Source of the DNA: Alphaproteobacteria bacterium
Lineage (GTDB): Bacteria; Pseudomonadota; Alphaproteobacteria; UBA7887
Direction of reading: 5' to 3'
Length of the DNA stretch: 64,000 nt
NCBI GenBank assembly: GCA_965216755.1
Contig: CBDCGL010000011.1
Span: 1,312,001-1,376,000 of the forward strand
In this document: one piece after another, positions 59,470 through 64,000 of the stretch
How positions within the stretch are numbered: position 1 is the stretch's first letter
Layout of the letters: each line of letters starts with the position of its first letter
Translations under genes and position numbers: made by a program
The notes under the pieces: generated by a model
What the model was told of the DNA's origin: nothing
The model's database searches: none
Seen by the model: only the letters and a program-made list of their open reading frames with translations

Positions 59470-61559
59470 GGTGTCGCCCGTGATCGCCGCATCCAGAAGA
59501 CAGCGAATCCGGTAAAAAGACACCAAACGAGCCCCGGCCAACCAAGCGCACCGGACCCCGTCGCACCGCCGCCATAGGTTGGACGCGGCTGCGTAAATAG
59601 CGGCTGCGCCGCGTCAACCCGCACCGGTGCAGCAGATTGGCCTTGGCGCAAAGCTTGTGCCGCGCTTTCTATGGCGAGACGGTCGCGATTGTTTCGCTTC
59701 AGTGCCAACTCTTGGAACCGCTCGTCGCGCACCACGAGCATCGCAGTATAGGGAGAGAGTATGCCGTACTCTTTTGAAGTATCCACAATCGAAGTCTTGA
59801 TGTCGGCATCGTCACCCATCAATGCCATTTCATGAAGACCGCGTTCGATTTCCGCAAATCCCCACAAACGCTCGATCTCAGGATTGCGATTGGCGACGTC
59901 TGGAAATGCGAACTTCGTGCTGTACGACACGTCTTTGCCGGAAATCTGCCCCGACAGGCTCAAAGCAGCATCGCCCTGCCCCCAATAATGCCCAAACAGA
60001 ACCAACTGCTCGCCGCGATAGAGCGTCCGTATCGCGTCGCGCCGAATGTCGTCGATGCGCAAATTCGCCTCGGTACCGACAATGTCGAGCGAGAGACCGT
60101 GCAAAGCTTCGTAATTTACTTTTGTGGCGGCCTGCAGCAATACGCCCGGAATGTCGTCCGCATTCGACACGATCATCGCAAATCCGTTGGACGCGAGCGT
60201 CAGCGGCTCCAACAGTGGCACGTTTGCGCTGTTACCCATGATGGCAGTGAACAAACGGACGTCATTTCTTTGCATAAGGTCGAAAAAATCGCGTGTTTGT
60301 GTTTTGCCAATGTTTGCGACCCCGTCGGTGACCAAGACGATCGATCCAGTACGGTCGGCATCCAGAGCTGCTAAACCTCTCTCTAGACCAGCGAATAGGT
60401 TTGTCCCGCCGTCCGCCGAGACGTTGCGCAGCTCATCGATTGTTGCGGATACATTGTCCGACGTCGCGGGTGTGTAACCGTTTGTGACCTCGTAGGCGTC
60501 CTCGCTGAAGCAGATGATTCGGAAACGATCGCCCCCGGGCAACTTGCGCAACGCGCGCGCAACACCCTCGGCGAGAGTTGCCAACTTGCCGCTCATCGAC
60601 CCAGACTGATCGAGCACAAAGACCCAATCCCGACCTTCTGAAATCGGCTGCAAATCCATGCCGGGCGTTAGTGTGAGCATGAATGTCCCGCGTGCGGCAC
60701 TATCAGGCTTATGTACAACCGTATCGACGCGCGCCGGCTCGTCCGCCATTTGACGCCAATAAACAACGATATCGGTATCCAACCGTACCGGCCGTTGTCG
60801 CACTGATTTAGCCTCGCTGGCTTCCGGATCTATCGCATTTGCTGCATCCGGCACGGCGGCATTGTCAATGTGAACACGCCAGGTACCATCTTGGGATTGA
60901 GAGATCGTGGCGGTCGGATGCGCTGGCAGCCGAAGTGCCTCCACCACATAGTCCGTCTTCAAATGCAGGTCGAAAGAGAACGTCTCCGAAACCTCCTCGT
61001 TAGCGACCCAGAACGCCAGTTTCTCCTCATCGACACCTCCTTCTTCGAGGGGATAGGCAAACCGGCCAATTCCCGTTTCCAAGCTGACCGGTTGGATATA
61101 GGCAAGGCGAACGCGAACGTGATCTTGGGCATGTACCGGCCACACGCTTATGTCGAACGTTCGATAACTATCTTGTTCCGCAAGTCCGGTTTCACGACCT
61201 GCCGCCTTCTCGTCGTCATAGATCTGACGAGCCGTCTCCTTTTCCAACACTTCGGCTGTCACCGGCGCGCCATCAATCCAATACGTGAATTCGGAAACCG
61301 CCCCTTTTTTCGGAACTGGGAACGAGTAAATTGCCTCAAGATCCCGGGTGTGGGGATTGGCAAAAGTCTGTTCGACCGTAGTGATGGCATAGCCGTCTTC
61401 GACGACCACCCGGACAGCGTGATCTCGTATTTGAAGAACCTTTCCGCCATCTGTGGGCGACAACAATCCGGCCGCAGCGGCTGGCCAGGCTGCCAGTCCG
61501 AGGCTCGCGAAGCTCACGCATGCGCCTGTTACGATTGATTTGATGGTCATTTCATTCAT
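59466..61559 (-). CDS. VIT + vWA domain protein with a GlyGly-CTERM sorting signal
   Basis: Signal peptide; VIT (EQTFANP...LEAIYSFPVP); vWA MIDAS DQSGSM, GGTNL, VTDG; C-terminal GSGALG + hydrophobic helix + RRSR. Confidence 0.9.
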   Translation of the reverse strand: MNEMTIKSIVTGACVSFASLGLAAWPAAAAGLLSPTDGGKVLQIRDHAVRVVVEDGYAITTVEQTFANPHTRDLEAIYSFPVPKKGAVSEFTYWIDGAPVTAEVLEKETARQIYDDEKAAGRETGLAEQDSYRTFDISVWPVHAQDHVRVRLAYIQPVSLETGIGRFAYPLEEGGVDEEKLAFWVANEEVSETFSFDLHLKTDYVVEALRLPAHPTATISQSQDGTWRVHIDNAAVPDAANAIDPEASEAKSVRQRPVRLDTDIVVYWRQMADEPARVDTVVHKPDSAARGTFMLTLTPGMDLQPISEGRDWVFVLDQSGSMSGKLATLAEGVARALRKLPGGDRFRIICFSEDAYEVTNGYTPATSDNVSATIDELRNVSADGGTNLFAGLERGLAALDADRTGSIVLVTDGVANIGKTQTRDFFDLMQRNDVRLFTAIMGNSANVPLLEPLTLASNGFAMIVSNADDIPGVLLQAATKVNYEALHGLSLDIVGTEANLRIDDIRRDAIRTLYRGEQLVLFGHYWGQGDAALSLSGQISGKDVSYSTKFAFPDVANRNPEIERLWGFAEIERGLHEMALMGDDADIKTSIVDTSKEYGILSPYTAMLVVRDERFQELALKRNNRDRLAIESAAQALRQGQSAAPVRVDAAQPLFTQPRPTYGGGATGSGALGWPGLVWCLFTGFAVFWMRRSRATP

Positions 61560-61574
61560 CTTTTTTTGTCCTAC

Positions 61575-61629
61575 TGAACATCGTTCATGAACGATGTTCA
61601 TACACTATCCGAAAAATGAACGATGTTCA
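61575..61629. promoter_or_regulatory. Three TGAAC-N3-GTTCA palindromes (candidate TetR operators) in the divergent promoter region
   Basis: 61575-61587, 61588-61600 and 61617-61629. Confidence 0.75.
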
Positions 61630-61690
61630 ACTCGAATGGAAAAATGCGCCCATTTCAGCTATTTCTTCGGTCGGGGAGGCTGCGGACCAG

Positions 61691-62311
61691 ATGACAGGAT
61701 CCACAAATGGCCGCCGGCGGGGTGTCGGCCTCAAAACACAAATGATTGAAATCGCTTCGGAAATCATCAGCGAGGAAGGGATTTCTGCGCTCACGGCGCG
61801 ACGCCTGGCCGCCGACAGCGGGGTTGCCCTTGGCACCACCTACAACGTTTTCGCAAACCTTGGCGAGCTGATCGCCGAAGTGAACGCCCGCACATTGGCG
61901 GATTTGGTGGCCGTCCTATCGGGCGTTGCCGTCGACGACCGCTCTACCAAGGACGTGTTGTTAAATTTTGCGCTCGCATATTCGGATTATGTTGCTGGAA
62001 ACCGAAACAGGTGGTTGGCTCTGTTCGAGGTTGAATTAGCCGCACCCGGCCAATCAACGCCAAACCAAGCCCTCGTTGATCAGTTGTTTACCCAACTCGA
62101 GGCCGTGATTCAAAGCCATGACGATCGGATCGACACGGATACCGCCCGCGGTTCGGCGCGCGGCCTATGGGCTGCCGTGCACGGCTTGCTCATGCTTTCC
62201 GACAGCGGTCGGCTCGGCGTCGTCCGACTGGCATCGGTCGAACCGACCATCGACCATTTGATCACCTGCCACCTTCTCGGATTGGAAGCTCTCGTTGAAC
62301 CCTCCGGGTAA
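61691..62311 (+). CDS. TetR/AcrR family regulator (WHG-type C-terminus)
   Basis: EEGISALTARRLA...GTTYNVF HTH; LWAAVHG. Confidence 0.9.
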   Translation: MTGSTNGRRRGVGLKTQMIEIASEIISEEGISALTARRLAADSGVALGTTYNVFANLGELIAEVNARTLADLVAVLSGVAVDDRSTKDVLLNFALAYSDYVAGNRNRWLALFEVELAAPGQSTPNQALVDQLFTQLEAVIQSHDDRIDTDTARGSARGLWAAVHGLLMLSDSGRLGVVRLASVEPTIDHLITCHLLGLEALVEPSG

Positions 62312-62370
62312 AAGACACTGCTTTGGCCGGTCCTAAATCCGCAAGACGCAATCGACGATACCCACCAGGG

Positions 62371-62411
62371 TTGACAATTTCGCGCGATCTCCGAAAAATG
62401 AACAGTGTTCA
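62371..62411 (+). promoter_or_regulatory. Sigma-70-like promoter overlapped by a fourth operator-like site
   Basis: TTGACA at 62371, AAAAAT 17 bp later, TGAACAGTGTTCA at 62399-62411. Confidence 0.6.
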
Positions 62412-62439
62412 TACTTTGGCAATGGAACGACTCATCGCA

Positions 62440-63411
62440 ATGAAAAAGGTGCTTGTTGGCGCGATGGCGGCGCTATTGACGGGCCTGATCGTTAACGGCA
62501 CGCACACACTCAGCGCGCAGCCGATCTCCGATCCGTTTCACAAGCCCATTGTCGGCAGAGGCGGTTTGGAAGTCTGGATCGATACCCGATTTCACGCCGG
62601 TCGGCGCCTACAGAAAAACACCATTACCGGACATGGTCGGATAATTGATAACAACGAACAGGTGTTATGTTGGGGCGCGTTCGACACCATTGAACGTTCG
62701 TTCCAAAATTCCATGGATACCCAAAAAGACGCGGTAAGCAGTGACCATTTGGTGGTTTTGGTGCACGGTCTTGCGGCGACGCCCAGAACATTTGAAGCGA
62801 TGAAAACCGCGCTCCTAGCTGCCGGATACAGCGCCGTCGCGGTAAGCTACCCCAGCACCCGCGGTACCTTGGAGCAGCACGCATTCCGGTTGGAGCAGCT
62901 TTTGGATCAGACCAGGGGCGCGACCACAGTGTCTTTCGTGACCCACAGCATGGGCGGTTTGGTCGTTCGTCACCTGCTTGCGCGTCAAGGCTCTTGGCGC
63001 CAACGGCTAGAATTGGGACGTATCGTTCAGATTGCACCGCCCAACCGGGGGTCAATGCTCGCCCGATGGATCATGGACGTCCCTTTGTACGATGCGACCC
63101 TGGGTCCAGCCGCCAAAGAGATCGCCGTGGCCAAGCACAAAACACCCGCCTTGCCGTTGGGGCGTTTTGCCATCGTCGCCGGAGGACAGAGGGATGGCGG
63201 TGGCTACAATCCATTCCTGCCAGGCGATGACGACGGACTTCTGCGCGTCGACGAAACAAGACTCGCTGGCGCGCGCGACTTTCTGGTTATACCGGCCTTC
63301 CACACGGAAGTCGCCGGCACGCCCGAAGCGATCAAGGCCACGCTGGCATTCCTTCAAGACGGCACCTTCGATGTACAACCAGCCGAATCCGAGCCCGCGC
63401 CCAATCGTTGA
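62440..63411 (+). CDS. Secreted alpha/beta hydrolase (lipase/esterase-like)
   Basis: Signal peptide; VLVHGL, THSMGG nucleophile elbow, APPNRGS, DDGL, FH. Confidence 0.85.
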   Translation: MKKVLVGAMAALLTGLIVNGTHTLSAQPISDPFHKPIVGRGGLEVWIDTRFHAGRRLQKNTITGHGRIIDNNEQVLCWGAFDTIERSFQNSMDTQKDAVSSDHLVVLVHGLAATPRTFEAMKTALLAAGYSAVAVSYPSTRGTLEQHAFRLEQLLDQTRGATTVSFVTHSMGGLVVRHLLARQGSWRQRLELGRIVQIAPPNRGSMLARWIMDVPLYDATLGPAAKEIAVAKHKTPALPLGRFAIVAGGQRDGGGYNPFLPGDDDGLLRVDETRLAGARDFLVIPAFHTEVAGTPEAIKATLAFLQDGTFDVQPAESEPAPNR

Positions 63412-64000
63412 TCATTGACGGACAATGGTCACACCATCGGTTTTCAGATCGCGATCGCCATTGCCACCACCCGCCAGGTCATCTGCGAACAGCTTTCCAT
63501 CGCCGGCCGCCTCTTGGACAATTCTAAGACCCGCTTTGCCGCTGTTGGTCACGTCGGCTGACGTTACGTTCACAGTCACGTCTCCAACCCCGAATTCCTC
63601 CAATCGAATCCCGTCGTCGCCATTGCCGTCGACGACGATTCGCGACAAGTTGGCAACCAAATGCCCGTCTCCGTCGCTTTCATCGGGTGTCTCTTCAACA
63701 TCGGCATCCTCACTCAGCTTGATGCCCTCGTCGGTATTGCCGGACGCGACAAGATTGGCAGCAAACAGGTATGTACTGCCCGCACCCGCCTCATCCAAGT
63801 CGACGCCTTCGTCGGAATTTCCGTTGACGGTGACGTTGTTCAAAACGACAACAAGATCGCCACCGTCCGCTTCATCAACATCCAGCCCATCCTCGAGGTC
63901 TTCGGTGTTCTGCGGTTGCGTGCCGTTCTCGTCAAAATGGCTGTCGCTGGCCGTCAGATAAGCGTCGCCTGGGCCCTTTTCGTCTAGTTCTATGCCCTCC
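63412..64000 (-). CDS. Acidic parallel beta-helix repeat protein, 5' end outside the window
   Basis: Frame open to the window edge; repeats EGIELDE, DGLDVDE, NSDEGVDLDE, NTDEGIKLSE, NGDDGIRLEE. Confidence 0.7.
   Translation of the reverse strand, partial: EGIELDEKGPGDAYLTASDSHFDENGTQPQNTEDLEDGLDVDEADGGDLVVVLNNVTVNGNSDEGVDLDEAGAGSTYLFAANLVASGNTDEGIKLSEDADVEETPDESDGDGHLVANLSRIVVDGNGDDGIRLEEFGVGDVTVNVTSADVTNSGKAGLRIVQEAAGDGKLFADDLAGGGNGDRDLKTDGVTIVRQ

Overview
GC-rich (about 60% by eye), gene-dense bacterial chromosomal segment; gene content suggests an alphaproteobacterium (inference). No rRNA, tRNA, CRISPR array or transposase was recognised. Four blocks: (1) 1-7.7 kb: DehI-like haloacid dehalogenase (partial, absent from the ORF track), frameshifted GST, PduO-type adenosyltransferase, AbrB/VOC genes and a URC1-URC4-upp uracil-catabolism trio. 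(2) 8-29.4 kb: cyclic-amide/pyrimidine catabolic island (amidase, dihydropyrimidinase, PotABCD-like ABC transporter split over two convergent operons, hydantoinase/oxoprolinase A+B, isochorismatase, deacetylase, CobW). It also holds a 941-aa flotillin with 29-aa repeats, two paralogous membrane proteins and a Rad52/Rad22-like domain present both fused to hydantoinase B and as a stand-alone gene. (3) 29.5-47.8 kb, the most striking feature: a co-oriented cluster headed by a sigma-54 promoter and two secreted (Gly-Met-X)n methionine-rich repeat proteins, followed by small secreted proteins sharing a G-aromatic-aromatic...LYP motif, a pentaheme cytochrome c, a Tat-exported DmsAB-like molybdoenzyme with a Cys-to-His FS0 motif, TorD chaperone, polyferredoxin, a di-heme-c sensor kinase with its sigma-54 activator, and MsrP. 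No DmsC or MsrQ anchor is present. This is a candidate periplasmic methionine-sulfoxide scavenging/recycling system. (4) 47.9-64 kb: Ldh_2 dehydrogenase, RND pump pair, methyltransferase/sulfotransferase/BFD cluster, VIT-vWA GlyGly-CTERM protein with a frameshifted rhombosortase, TetR with four visible operator-like sites, a lipase-like hydrolase and a partial beta-helix protein. All product calls are from motif recognition by eye; no database search was run.
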